Below are positions 1-10,309 of a stretch of 64,000 nucleotides of DNA, piece after piece. This DNA is from Agathobacter sp. (GTDB lineage Bacteria > Bacillota > Clostridia > Lachnospirales > Lachnospiraceae). The first letter of the stretch is position 1; each line of letters starts with the position of its first letter. The notes under the pieces were generated by a model. The model was given only the letters and a program-made list of their open reading frames with translations. It made no database searches and had not been told where the DNA came from. The DNA is taken from positions 471-64,470 of the forward strand of contig JAZQZJ010000085.1 of the NCBI GenBank assembly GCA_045633955.1, read 5' to 3'. The position numbers and the translations under genes are program-made.

Positions 1-589
1 GGAAGATATCCTTCGAAAATGGATTATTGGTCGTATAGCAAAAGAGGGAAAAGATATTACGCAGGCAGCGTATCAGAGTTTTATCGAAAAAACGGGTACG
101 GATATGGAGAATATCGAAAGAGAGTTGGAAAAACTTGTTTGTTATACGATGGATAAAAAGGCAATCGAAGCGGCAGATGTAGAGGCCGTTACGACGGAGC
201 AGATTTCCAGCAAGATATATGAATTGGTAAATGTTATTTCCTGTCATCAACAAAAACAAGCATTGGATATGTTCTATGATTTGTTGTCTCAGAAGGAAAA
301 ACCGTCTCGTATTCTATATAGTCTTACAAAGCATTTTGATACACTTTTAACCATAAAGATTATGAGTAGTCAGGGATTTAATACAAGGGAAATGGAAGAT
401 AGAACTGGATTAAAGGATTGGATGATTCGAAAATATCAAGGTCAGACGAGAGCATTTTCCATTGAAGTGTTGAAGAAAGCAGTACAGGATGGCGTTGAAT
501 ATGAAACCGCAATAAAGACGGGACATATGGAAGAACAATTGGCTGTTGAATTATTTATTATAGAATATAGCAAAAAGAAAACCCACTAG
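1..589 (+). CDS. holA: DNA polymerase III delta subunit (5'-truncated by window edge)
   Basis: Frame is open from base 2 (EDILRKWI...GTDMENIERELEKL); C-terminal IKTG motif; typical holA-rpsT synteny. Confidence 0.9.
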   Translation, partial: EDILRKWIIGRIAKEGKDITQAAYQSFIEKTGTDMENIERELEKLVCYTMDKKAIEAADVEAVTTEQISSKIYELVNVISCHQQKQALDMFYDLLSQKEKPSRILYSLTKHFDTLLTIKIMSSQGFNTREMEDRTGLKDWMIRKYQGQTRAFSIEVLKKAVQDGVEYETAIKTGHMEEQLAVELFIIEYSKKKTH

Positions 590-606
590 ATGACGGTCTA
601 GTGGGT
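581..606. terminator. Bidirectional intrinsic terminator between holA and rpsT
   Basis: ACCCACTAGA-6 nt-TCTAGTGGGT perfect 10-bp stem, A-rich before and T-rich after. Confidence 0.75.
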
Positions 607-643
607 ATATTTTTTAGGGTGATAAAATTGTGTTATGTGCTAA

Positions 644-907
644 TTAAGCAACACCGTTAACAAGTTTTGCTAAACGAGATACTTTTCTAGCAGCATTGTT
701 TTTGTGGTAAACACCTTTTGAAGCAGCAGCTTCAATAACAGAAGTAGCAGCTTTTAAAGCTTCTACAGCTGCAGCTTTATCGTTAGCAGCAACAGCAGCT
801 TCTACTTTTTTAGTAGCTGTTTTAACTTCAGATCTGATAGATTTATTTCTTGCTGTTCTTGTTGCAGCAACTAAGATTCTTTTCTTTGCAGATTTAATGT
901 TAGCCAA
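644..907 (-). CDS. rpsT: 30S ribosomal protein S20 (TTG start)
   Basis: ANIKSAKKR...KGVYHKNNAARKVSRL; GGAGGT RBS just upstream of TTG at 907. Confidence 0.97.
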   Translation of the reverse strand: MANIKSAKKRILVAATRTARNKSIRSEVKTATKKVEAAVAANDKAAAVEALKAATSVIEAAASKGVYHKNNAARKVSRLAKLVNGVA

Positions 908-1010
908 TTTGTACACCTCCGAATTATTTTTCATTATAAATTTCAAAAACTATGTGTTTGACATTTATGATGAAACTGACACGGACGCTTCGTCATAAAC
1001 GTACTAAAAT

Positions 1011-1039
1011 ATAATATGCCAAGTCTGTCCTATTGTCAA
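1011..1039 (-). promoter_or_regulatory. sigma-A promoter of rpsT
   Basis: TTGACA-17 nt-TATTAT on minus strand. Confidence 0.75.
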
Positions 1040-1110
1040 TATCTTTTTTGAAAAAATATGGAAAGAAATAGGACTTTTTTCATATAAAATGGCACCTTCA
1101 TCATTCTAAG

Positions 1111-1139
1111 TCATAAGGGAGAAATATGCAACATATATT
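1111..1139 (+). promoter_or_regulatory. Putative sigma-E (mother-cell sporulation) promoter of spoIIP
   Basis: TCATA-16 nt-CATATATT fits the SigE consensus and precedes a sporulation gene. Confidence 0.5.
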
Positions 1140-1170
1140 TCAAGGAAGATGAATGCGAGGAGGTGTGGTT

Positions 1171-2391
1171 GTGCAAAAAATACTTCTTGTTATGGTAAGC
1201 TGTCTTGTTATTTGTGGATTTGCATACCGATGGGGCGATACAAAGTGGGAGGATGCAAAAATAACTGCCATTGAACATTTATATATAAGCATTTCCGAGG
1301 TGATGTTTCCACAGATTCATGTGTATGAGTATGATAAAAAAACACTTATTTATCAGGATATGGAACAGGTCTTTATGCCAGTGGTATCTAGTTTTCGAAC
1401 TAGTGGAACAAGAACCTCGAATGGATTAGGCATGGATGATATCGGACAAGAAGGTGATGGACAGCAAATGACGGATGGTATGCAGGGAGAAGAAGTACAA
1501 CAGGAGTCGACACAAACGACAGAGCAGAATCTAGAGAATCAGCAGGGGAATAGTCAGAGCGAAGGTGAAAGAACAGAACAATCAGAAGAGGCAACTGTGG
1601 ATATTGGTAGTACCACACTTCAAAAGAAAGTAGAAATCAATCGAATCAAATTGCAGGATTTTGATTATTTGAGGCAAAATTTTTATCAAGTAGATAATAC
1701 CACAACAATCGGAAGTGACCAGCTTGAGGTATCGAAATTATTAGGGAGAGATATGAAACTTTCGGAGTATGGTGATGGAGCGAAGGTTTTAATATATCAT
1801 ACCCATTCCCAAGAAGGGTATGCAGACTCGATGCAGGGAGATGCGGGGACTTCGGTAGTTGCGCTTGGAGCAGAATTAGCTCGTGTTCTTCAGGAAAAAC
1901 ATCAAATTCAGGTGATGCATCATACGGGATGTTATGATGTGCCAGATCATGCAAAAGCATATGGCAATGCGTTGCCGAATATAGAACAAATATTAAGAGA
2001 AAATCCAGCCATTGAAGTGGTAATTGATTTGCATCGCGATGGAGTACCATCTACCACACGTTTGGTCACAGAGATAAATGGAAAGCCGACAGCTCAAATA
2101 ATGTTTTTTAATGGCCTAAGCAGAACGACATCACAAGGGAATTTGGCATATTTGCCAAATCCGTACATAGAAGATAATCTGGCTTTTTCTTTTCAGATGC
2201 AATTGGCAGCAGATGAATACTTTCCTGGATTTGCGAGAAAAATATATTTGAAAGGGTATCGCTATAATATGCATGTGATGCCGAAATCTATGTTGGTAGA
2301 AGTTGGGGCACAGACAAATACTTTTGCAGAGGCAAAAAATGCAATGGAGCCTTTGGCAGATTTGCTGGCACTTGTTTTAAAAGGAAATTAG
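1171..2391 (+). CDS. spoIIP: Stage II sporulation protein P (engulfment autolysin)
   Basis: IYHTHSQE, IDLHRDG, RYNMH, LVEVGAQTNT motifs; N-terminal anchor; GGAGGTG RBS before GTG 1171 (ORF open from 1153). Confidence 0.92.
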   Translation: MQKILLVMVSCLVICGFAYRWGDTKWEDAKITAIEHLYISISEVMFPQIHVYEYDKKTLIYQDMEQVFMPVVSSFRTSGTRTSNGLGMDDIGQEGDGQQMTDGMQGEEVQQESTQTTEQNLENQQGNSQSEGERTEQSEEATVDIGSTTLQKKVEINRIKLQDFDYLRQNFYQVDNTTTIGSDQLEVSKLLGRDMKLSEYGDGAKVLIYHTHSQEGYADSMQGDAGTSVVALGAELARVLQEKHQIQVMHHTGCYDVPDHAKAYGNALPNIEQILRENPAIEVVIDLHRDGVPSTTRLVTEINGKPTAQIMFFNGLSRTTSQGNLAYLPNPYIEDNLAFSFQMQLAADEYFPGFARKIYLKGYRYNMHVMPKSMLVEVGAQTNTFAEAKNAMEPLADLLALVLKGN

Positions 2392-2478
2392 AGAAAAAGG
2401 TGTAAATCTCTCGACGAATTGTAAGAACTGATTTATAATAAACACAGGTATTTGATAAAATTTAGGGGGGACAAATAT

Positions 2479-3270
2479 ATGATCGATTATGCAGAAGGTA
2501 GTGGAAAACAGTATCATACTGGTGTAGGTCCAGAGGATATTGGAAAGTATGTGATTTTACCAGGTGATCCAAAGCGTTGTGCAAAAATTGCAGAGCATTT
2601 TGATGATGCTGTTTTAGTAGCAGATAGCAGAGAATATGTGACTTATACAGGTACATTAGATGGAGTAAAGGTTAGTGTAACTTCTACAGGTATTGGTGGA
2701 CCATCCGCATCAATTGCCATTGATGAATTGGCTAAATGTGGAGCACATACATTTATCCGTGTAGGAACTTGCGGCGGTATGCAGGAACAGGTTATGAGCG
2801 GTGATGTTGTAATTGCAAATGGTGCGATTCGTATGGAAGGAACATCTAGAGAGTTTGCGCCAATCGAATATCCAGCGGTTGCTGATTTTGATGTAACAAA
2901 TGCATTGGTAGCATCAGCTAGAGAGCAGAAGATTCCACATCATGTAGGTGTTGCACAGTGTAAAGACAGTTTCTTTGGTCAGCATGAACCAGAAATTATG
3001 CCAGTAAGCTATGAATTAGAAAACAAATGGCAGGCGTGGATTCGTATGGGATGTCTTGCATCAGAAATGGAATCGGCTGCACTTTTCATTGCAGGAAGTT
3101 TCCTTCGTGTAAGAGTGGGTTCTTGTTTCCTTGTAGTAGCAAATCAGGAAAGAGCAAAGCTGGGACTTCCAAATCCGCAGGCTCATGATACAGAACTTGC
3201 GATTTGTACGGCTGTAGGTGCACTTCGTAAATTAATCGCAGCTGATAAAGAAAATGGTAAGGAAGTATAG
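2479..3270 (+). CDS. udp: Uridine phosphorylase
   Basis: [30 protein letters not shown] motifs. Confidence 0.9.
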   Translation: MIDYAEGSGKQYHTGVGPEDIGKYVILPGDPKRCAKIAEHFDDAVLVADSREYVTYTGTLDGVKVSVTSTGIGGPSASIAIDELAKCGAHTFIRVGTCGGMQEQVMSGDVVIANGAIRMEGTSREFAPIEYPAVADFDVTNALVASAREQKIPHHVGVAQCKDSFFGQHEPEIMPVSYELENKWQAWIRMGCLASEMESAALFIAGSFLRVRVGSCFLVVANQERAKLGLPNPQAHDTELAICTAVGALRKLIAADKENGKEV

Positions 3271-3275
3271 AAAAT

Positions 3276-3692
3276 ATGAATAGATACGAAGAACTTATCG
3301 AAATGGCTCTAGAAGCGAGAGAATCTGCATATGCACCATATTCACATTTTAAAGTGGGTGCAGCGCTTCTAGGAAAAAATGGTGTTGTGTACAAAGGATG
3401 TAATGTAGAAAACGCAAGTTATCCAGCTACGAACTGTGCAGAAAGAACAGCGATTTTTTCTGCGGTAGCAGCAGGACAGAAAGAATTTGATGCGATTGCC
3501 ATCGTAGGTGGTAGTGAGTATGCAGAAAACTTAGAACTCTGTGCACCATGTGGTGTTTGTAGACAGGTGATGAGAGAATTCTGTATTCCAGCAAAATTCG
3601 AAGTTATTTTGGCAAAGAATAAGACGGATTATAAAGTATTTACACTGGAAGAATTGCTCCCTATGAGTTTTGGACCAGAAAATCTTGCATAG
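3276..3692 (+). CDS. cdd: Cytidine deaminase
   Basis: [26 protein letters not shown] zinc motifs. Confidence 0.95.
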   Translation: MNRYEELIEMALEARESAYAPYSHFKVGAALLGKNGVVYKGCNVENASYPATNCAERTAIFSAVAAGQKEFDAIAIVGGSEYAENLELCAPCGVCRQVMREFCIPAKFEVILAKNKTDYKVFTLEELLPMSFGPENLA

Positions 3693-3721
3693 CGTGGATA
3701 AAAAAGAAAAGGAAAACATAT

Positions 3722-4912
3722 ATGAATAAAAAATTTAAAAGAGTGTTTACGATTGTAGTAGATTCTTTAGGTATTGGAGCTCTTCCAGATTCACCAGAGT
3801 TTGGTGATGTTGGAGTAGATACCTTTGGACATATTGCAGAAAAGATGGATTTACAGATTCCTAACTTACAGAAATTAGGAATGGCAAATTTAAAAGAGTT
3901 AAGAGGTATTGCACCAGTAGAGCAGCCTTTGGGATACTACTGTGCTATGAATGAAGCCAGCAATGGGAAAGATACCATGACAGGACACTGGGAAATGATG
4001 GGAATTCATACGACCAAACCATTTGTGACTTTTACAGATACTGGTTTTCCAAAGGAACTGATTGATGCTTTGGAAAAAGAATTTGGGAAAGAAGTTATTG
4101 GTAACAAATCTGCTAGTGGTACAGAAATTTTAGAAGAATTGGCTGAACAGGAAATTTATGAAGATAAGGTGATTGTTTATACTTCTGCTGATTCGGTGCT
4201 TCAGATTTGTGGTAATGAAGAAACAATGGGGCTTGAAACCTTATATCGTTATTGTGAGTTTGCCAGAGAACTTACTATGAAAGATGAATGGCGTGTGGGA
4301 CGTGTTATTGCTCGTCCATATGTGGGTAAGAAAAAGGGCGAATTTAAACGTACCAGCAACCGTCATGATTATGCATTAAAACCATCGGGACCAACCACAT
4401 TAAATGCATTAAAAGATGCAGGATATGATGTGATTTCGGTTGGGAAAATCAATGATATTTTTGTTGGTGAAGGTATTACAGAAGCGCATAAATCCAAAAC
4501 CAGTGTACATGGTATGGAACAGACTATTGGAATCGCTGGACAGGATTTTGAAGGTCTTTGTTTTGTAAACTTAGTAGATTTTGATGCTCTTTGGGGACAT
4601 CGTCGTAATGTAGAGGGCTATGGTAAGGAAATTGAAATGTTTGATGAAAAACTTGGACAGCTTCTCCCTCTTTTGAAAGAAGATGATTTGCTTATTATTA
4701 CAGCAGATCATGGTAATGATCCTACATATACTGGATCAGATCATACAAGAGAACGTGTTCCATTCCTTGCATATTCACCAGCTTTTACTGGTGCAGGTGC
4801 ATTGGAAGAGACTGATAATTTTGCTGCAATCGGAGCAACCATTGCAGAAAACTTTGGTGTAGAAATGCCAGAAGGAACAATTGGAACATCTATTTTAGAT
4901 AAACTAGTATAA
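3722..4912 (+). CDS. deoB: Phosphopentomutase
   Basis: [29 protein letters not shown] motifs. Confidence 0.95.
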   Translation: MNKKFKRVFTIVVDSLGIGALPDSPEFGDVGVDTFGHIAEKMDLQIPNLQKLGMANLKELRGIAPVEQPLGYYCAMNEASNGKDTMTGHWEMMGIHTTKPFVTFTDTGFPKELIDALEKEFGKEVIGNKSASGTEILEELAEQEIYEDKVIVYTSADSVLQICGNEETMGLETLYRYCEFARELTMKDEWRVGRVIARPYVGKKKGEFKRTSNRHDYALKPSGPTTLNALKDAGYDVISVGKINDIFVGEGITEAHKSKTSVHGMEQTIGIAGQDFEGLCFVNLVDFDALWGHRRNVEGYGKEIEMFDEKLGQLLPLLKEDDLLIITADHGNDPTYTGSDHTRERVPFLAYSPAFTGAGALEETDNFAAIGATIAENFGVEMPEGTIGTSILDKLV

Positions 4913-4924
4913 AAGATTAAAATG

Positions 4925-4959
4925 AAAAAGGCAGTTTCCGTTGGAATCTGCCTTTTTTT
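4925..4959 (+). terminator. Intrinsic terminator after deoB
   Basis: AAAAAGGCAG...CTGCCTTTTTTT. Confidence 0.75.
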
Positions 4960-5071
4960 GTTGCGAATAGTGGATTTTTTTGATAAAATACCTTGGGACT
5001 ATGCCCTCTTGCATGGGCATGTAAAGAGAATGATTAGAAAGAAAAAGTAAGTATTCAGGAGAGGACAACAT

Positions 5072-6883
5072 ATGTCAGTAGATCAGAGTAAAATTCGTAA
5101 TTTTTGTATTATCGCCCATATCGACCATGGCAAATCCACATTGGCAGACCGTATTATTGAAAAAACAGGTACACTGACCGAACGTGAAATGCAGGCTCAA
5201 GTGCTTGATAATATGGATTTAGAGCGTGAGAGAGGGATTACCATCAAATCTCAGGCAGTTCGTATTATTTATAAGGCAAAAGATGGCGAAGAATATATTT
5301 TTAACTTAATTGATACTCCAGGACACGTAGACTTTAACTATGAAGTATCTCGTAGTTTGGCTGCCTGTGATGGTGCAATTCTCGTTGTGGATGCAGCACA
5401 GGGGGTGGAAGCACAGACATTGGCAAACGTATACCTTGCGTTAGATCATGATTTGGATGTGTTCCCTGTAGTGAACAAAATTGACCTTCCATCTGCTCGA
5501 CCAGAAGAAGTTTGTCAGGAAATTGAAGATGTTATCGGTATTGAGGCCATGGATGCACCACGTATTTCAGCGAAAACAGGACTTAATATTGAAGATGTAT
5601 TAGAAGAAATTGTAGCAAAGATTCCAGCACCATCGGGAGATGCGAGTGCGCCACTTCAGGCACTTATTTTTGACGCTCTGTATGATCAGTACAAAGGTGT
5701 TATGGTATTCTGTCGTATCAAAGAGGGTACATTAAAGGTTGGTGACCCAGTAAAAATGATGGCTACAGGGGCATCTGCTTCTGTTGTTGAAATTGGTTAT
5801 TTTGGTGCAGGTCAGTTCATTCCATGTGAAGAGCTTTCAGCTGGTATGGTAGGTTATTTTACCGCAAGTATTAAAAACGTAGCAGATACTCGTGTTGGTG
5901 ATACGGTTACCAATGCAAATCGTCCATGTACAGAAGCGCTTCCTGGTTATAAAAAAGTAAATCCTATGGTTTACTGTGGTATTTATCCAGCAGATAGTGC
6001 CAGATATCCAGATTTAAGAGATGCATTGGAAAAGTTACAGATTAACGATGCTTCTTTACATTTTGAACCAGAAACATCTTTAGCACTTGGTTTTGGTTTC
6101 CGTTGTGGTTTCCTTGGATTATTGCATCTTGAAATCATTCAGGAACGTTTGGAGCGAGAATTTGATCTTGATTTGGTAACAACTGCTCCAGGTGTTATTT
6201 ATAAAGTTTATAAAACCAATGGAGAAATGATTGATTTGACTAATCCATCCAATCTTCCAGATCCATCAGAAATTGATTATATGGAAGAACCATATGTAAC
6301 TGCTGAAATTATGGTAACAAAGGATTACGTTGGTTCGATTATGACCCTTTGTCAGGAACGACGCGGTATTTACATTGGTATGGAATATATTGAGGAAACC
6401 CGTGCACTATTAAAATATGAATTGCCATTAAATGAAATCATTTACGATTTCTTTGATGCATTAAAATCCCGTTCTCGTGGTTATGCTTCTTTTGACTATG
6501 AGTTAAAAGGTTACCAGCGTTCAGAATTGGTAAAATTAGATATCTTAATCAATCATGAAATGATGGATGCATTGTCATTTATCGTATTCAAAGACAATGC
6601 TTACGAACGTGGTCGTCGTATGTGTGAACGATTAAAAGAAGAAATTCCAAGACACTTGTTTGAGATTCCAATTCAGGCAGCAGTTGGCGGAAAAATCATT
6701 GCTCGTGAAACTGTAAAAGCTATGAGAAAAGACGTTCTTGCAAAATGTTACGGTGGTGATATTTCTCGTAAACGTAAACTTCTGGAAAAACAGAAGGAAG
6801 GTAAGAAACGTATGCGTCAGGTGGGCAATGTAGAGATTCCACAGGAAGCATTTATGAGTGTTTTGAAGTTGGATGAAGATTAA
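5072..6883 (+). CDS. lepA: Elongation factor 4
   Basis: [20 protein letters not shown]; [24 protein letters not shown]. Confidence 0.98.
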   Translation: MSVDQSKIRNFCIIAHIDHGKSTLADRIIEKTGTLTEREMQAQVLDNMDLERERGITIKSQAVRIIYKAKDGEEYIFNLIDTPGHVDFNYEVSRSLAACDGAILVVDAAQGVEAQTLANVYLALDHDLDVFPVVNKIDLPSARPEEVCQEIEDVIGIEAMDAPRISAKTGLNIEDVLEEIVAKIPAPSGDASAPLQALIFDALYDQYKGVMVFCRIKEGTLKVGDPVKMMATGASASVVEIGYFGAGQFIPCEELSAGMVGYFTASIKNVADTRVGDTVTNANRPCTEALPGYKKVNPMVYCGIYPADSARYPDLRDALEKLQINDASLHFEPETSLALGFGFRCGFLGLLHLEIIQERLEREFDLDLVTTAPGVIYKVYKTNGEMIDLTNPSNLPDPSEIDYMEEPYVTAEIMVTKDYVGSIMTLCQERRGIYIGMEYIEETRALLKYELPLNEIIYDFFDALKSRSRGYASFDYELKGYQRSELVKLDILINHEMMDALSFIVFKDNAYERGRRMCERLKEEIPRHLFEIPIQAAVGGKIIARETVKAMRKDVLAKCYGGDISRKRKLLEKQKEGKKRMRQVGNVEIPQEAFMSVLKLDED

Positions 6884-6885
6884 AA

Positions 6886-8094
6886 ATGAAAAATTTAGAA
6901 TTATATATTCATATTCCGTTTTGTTGCAAGAAATGTGCATACTGTGATTTTTTATCTTTTTCCTCTGACGAAAAAACGCAAATGGCATATGCGGATGCGT
7001 TGATTCGTGAAATCGAGTTTTATGGTCCAAAAATGAAAGAATTTCTGATAAGTACCATTTTCATTGGCGGTGGTACGCCAACATGGTTGGATGAAGATAA
7101 AATGTTAGAAATTTTGGATACTATTTATGCTTATTTTAATATTTCACCTGAAGCAGAGATTACGATGGAATGCAATCCAGGAACGGTAACTCCAGAAAAA
7201 TTGAAGAAATATCGAAAAGCTGGTGTGAATCGTTTGAGTATTGGACTACAGTCTGCAGATGATGAAGAACTAGAACTGTTAGGTCGAATTCATAACTATG
7301 AAACATTTGTAAATACTTATGAAATGGCAATAAAAGCTGGTTTTTTCAACATCAATATTGATTTAATGAGTGGTATTCCTTATCAGACTGCCGAGAAATT
7401 CTTGCATTCCTTACAAAGGGTAGTCTGCTTAAAACCAAAGCATATTTCGGTATATTCGTTGATTATTGAAAAAGGAACACCATTTTATGAAACATATAAA
7501 TTTGATTTGGTGAAGCAGGAAGCTGGCATTGAGACGGAAATGCTTCCTACAGAGGATGAGGTATATCGAACAACGAAGTTAACACAGCAATTTCTGGCAC
7601 GAGCAGGATATGAGCAGTATGAGATTTCTAATTTTGCACAGCCAGGTTATGCTTGTGACCATAATATTGGATATTGGACAAGAGAAAATTATTTGGGGTT
7701 GGGCTTAGGTGCAGCCTCTCTTGTGGAAAATGTCAGATATACGAATATGACTGATTTAAATGCATATATCGAACAGTCCAAACAAATGAAGATGGTTTCT
7801 TTTGAACAGCCGAATGGAGATATAGAATTAGGTACAAATTTACATGTCGCGGCTGATGTGATATCACGTAAGGCGCAGATGGAAGAATTTATGTTCTTAG
7901 GATTGCGTATGAATCGTGGTGTAACGAGAGCAAAGTTTGAGGAATGTTTTGGAATTCCAATTGAAGGAATTTATAGTACAACATTGGACAATTTAAAAAA
8001 GCAAGGTTTTTTGAAGATGAGTGCAGGGAATATAACACTTACAGAAAAAGGACAGGATTTGTCCAATTATGTATTGGCACAATTTTTGCTGTAG
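6886..8094 (+). CDS. hemW: Radical SAM heme chaperone HemW (HemN-like)
   Basis: LYIHIPFC-x3-C-x2-CDF, GGGTP, YEISNF, HNIGYW; follows lepA. Confidence 0.9.
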   Translation: MKNLELYIHIPFCCKKCAYCDFLSFSSDEKTQMAYADALIREIEFYGPKMKEFLISTIFIGGGTPTWLDEDKMLEILDTIYAYFNISPEAEITMECNPGTVTPEKLKKYRKAGVNRLSIGLQSADDEELELLGRIHNYETFVNTYEMAIKAGFFNINIDLMSGIPYQTAEKFLHSLQRVVCLKPKHISVYSLIIEKGTPFYETYKFDLVKQEAGIETEMLPTEDEVYRTTKLTQQFLARAGYEQYEISNFAQPGYACDHNIGYWTRENYLGLGLGAASLVENVRYTNMTDLNAYIEQSKQMKMVSFEQPNGDIELGTNLHVAADVISRKAQMEEFMFLGLRMNRGVTRAKFEECFGIPIEGIYSTTLDNLKKQGFLKMSAGNITLTEKGQDLSNYVLAQFLL

Positions 8095-8106
8095 CTTATT
8101 TAAGAA

Positions 8107-9489
8107 ATGAGGGAAAATATGTCACAAACAATGACAAAAGAAGTACACGAAGAAAATAAAATGGGCGTAATGCCAGTTGGAAAATTGTTGTTTAGCATGT
8201 CTATTCCGATGATGATTTCAATGTTGGTACAGGCTTTGTATAATATTGTAGATAGCATTTTTGTTGCACAGATTAGTGAGGGAGCGTTAACTGCAGTATC
8301 ATTAGCGAATCCTTTACAGATGCTTATGATTGCCATTGGTGCAGGTACAGGTGTTGGTGTAAATGCATTGTTATCCCGTTCGCTTGGTGAGAAGAATTTT
8401 GATAAAGCCAGCGAAGTTGCTAGAAATGGTGTGTTTTTAGCATTTATGAGTTATCTTTTATTTTTATTTATCGGTCTATTTGTGGTAAAACCATTTTTCT
8501 ATGCACAGACAGATGATGTAGAGATTATCGCATATGGTATTCAGTATTTAAGTATTGTGTGCTGTTGTTCTTTTGGTATTTATGCACAGTTTGTATATGA
8601 ACGTATTTTGCAGGCAACAGGCCGTACCATGCATACCATGATTACACAGCTTGTTGGTGCAATTATTAACTTGATTCTTGATCCAATTTTGATTTTCGGT
8701 CTATTGGGAATGCCAGCACTTGGGGTAAAAGGTGCTGCGATTGCAACAGTCATTGGTCAGATTGCAGCTGGGATAACTGCATATCTTATGAACGTATATG
8801 CAAATAGAGATGTCAATGTCAGCATGAAAGGGTTTAGACCTTCTAAAGAAATTATTCAGCAGATTTATCAGATTGGTGTGCCATCTATCATTATGCAATC
8901 CATAGGTTCCATCATGATATTCTGTTTAAACAAGATTTTGATTGTATTTTCAACTACTGCAACGGCTGTGTTTGGTGTGTATTTCAAACTTCAAAGTTTT
9001 ATTTTCATGCCAATCTTCGGTTTGAATAATGGGTTGGTTCCAATTATAGCGTATAATTTTGGCGCTCATAAAAAGGATCGTTTGTTGCAGACCTATAAGT
9101 TTGCTTTATTTTCTGCTATTGGAATAATGTTAGCTGGAGTTGTATTATTTGAACTGTTCCCAAAACAATTATTCTTGTTGTTTGATGCTTCGGAACATAT
9201 GCTTGGTATGGGTGTGCCGGCTCTTCGTATTATAGCCTTCCATTTCCCAATCGCAGCATTCTGTATTATAACAGGTTCTATGTTCCAGGCGGTTGGTAAA
9301 GCGGTGTATAGTATGATAAATTCGATTTGCCGTCAGTTGGTAGTATTGCTTCCTGCTGCATTCATTTTAGCTCAGTTTGGTAATGTAAATTATGTGTGGT
9401 TTGCATTTTTGATTGCAGAAGGTGCATCGATGATATTAACTGCGATTTTCTTCAAGAAAGTATATAGACAAGTAATTAAACCGTTATAA
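8107..9489 (+). CDS. MATE family efflux transporter
   Basis: LYNIVDSIFV, ILDPILIFG motifs; multi-TM hydrophobic pattern. Confidence 0.9.
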   Translation: MRENMSQTMTKEVHEENKMGVMPVGKLLFSMSIPMMISMLVQALYNIVDSIFVAQISEGALTAVSLANPLQMLMIAIGAGTGVGVNALLSRSLGEKNFDKASEVARNGVFLAFMSYLLFLFIGLFVVKPFFYAQTDDVEIIAYGIQYLSIVCCCSFGIYAQFVYERILQATGRTMHTMITQLVGAIINLILDPILIFGLLGMPALGVKGAAIATVIGQIAAGITAYLMNVYANRDVNVSMKGFRPSKEIIQQIYQIGVPSIIMQSIGSIMIFCLNKILIVFSTTATAVFGVYFKLQSFIFMPIFGLNNGLVPIIAYNFGAHKKDRLLQTYKFALFSAIGIMLAGVVLFELFPKQLFLLFDASEHMLGMGVPALRIIAFHFPIAAFCIITGSMFQAVGKAVYSMINSICRQLVVLLPAAFILAQFGNVNYVWFAFLIAEGASMILTAIFFKKVYRQVIKPL

Positions 9490-9504
9490 ATTACGATTTA
9501 GCAG

Positions 9505-9787
9505 ACTAAAAAGGGTTGAAAATCTACGAAAACCAAAATGCCTAGGATAACTTCTAGACTCGTACTTCGAACATAACATTTTCTAAATACTTTGTCTTTA
9601 AAACAATGAAATTAGGACGTAACCGGATTTGATTCGCCATCCGTGGTTCAGCAAATCCTTTTGCTGACGTCCTGTCAGCGAATTACTTTTTACGCACAAA
9701 GTATTAAGAAAATCTAATGTTCTTGTAATGAGTCTTAAAGTTATCCTAGGCACTCTTGTTTTCTTGCGTTTTCAAAATCTTTTTGGT
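9505..9787. repeat. ~280-bp imperfect palindromic (foldback) element with branched apex
   Basis: TGCCTAGGATAACTT (9539-9553) vs AAGTTATCCTAGGCA (9738-9752); AATACTTTGT (9586-9595) vs ACAAAGTATT (9696-9705); pairing continues with mismatches on both sides. Confidence 0.85.
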
Positions 9788-9837
9788 AACTGAAACCGTT
9801 CCTATAAAAGGAGCAAAAGCCCTTTATATCTATAAAT

Positions 9838-10045
9838 CATCTATGTTAAAAAATATTCTTTCAGGATGCTCTATCCAATTCCATCTATATCAAAAAATTT
9901 GTTTCTCAGATGTTTTTTCTGATGAAATATCATGCTTTTTCCGTAAAATAAGAGTAACAATTTATCTATATGAAGAAAATATGTAATCAGATGGGAAGTA
10001 TTGTCAGAAACCAACATCTTAAAGGTATATTTTCGCGTATAGATA
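9838..10045. repeat. Four fixed-spacing inverted motif pairs YATCT-N21-RGATR
   Basis: Pairs start at 9838/9864, 9882/9908, 9963/9989, 10015/10041; offset is 26 every time. Confidence 0.65.
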
Positions 10046-10089
10046 ATCACTTGCATAGGAGAAATAGGAATCCGTGCGAAATGAATGAG

Positions 10090-10193
10090 CAGATAGAATA
10101 TCACAAGCAGAGATGGATCGTATTTTAGATCTAAAATCACGTGCGGATTCAGAGCAACTAATTAAAATCATTATTCCGGCGCGTGTCCATTTT
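10090..10193 (-). repeat. Dispersed ~104-bp structured repeat, copy A (homolog of 56881-56984)
   Basis: Reverse complement matches 56881-56984, including TCTGAATCCGCRCGTGATTTTA (21/22) and TCCATCTCTGCTTGTKATATTCTATCTG (27/28). Confidence 0.85.
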
Positions 10194-10309
10194 TATCTCC
10201 TATGATAGAGACGGTTTAAAACTAGAAATTCATTCGTGCTAAAATAGGTATTGAACGAAGAGGTAATTCATACATAAACTTTATAGAAAAGTCAATTCCT
10301 ATTAGTGCA

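Noticed and set aside
9505-9787. Retron msr-msd or autonomous IS
   Set aside because: No reverse transcriptase or transposase in the window, and no target-site duplication identified
9756-10140. ORFs of 76 and 89 aa in the MATE-MATE gap
   Set aside because: No RBS or recognisable motif; they overlap non-coding repeats
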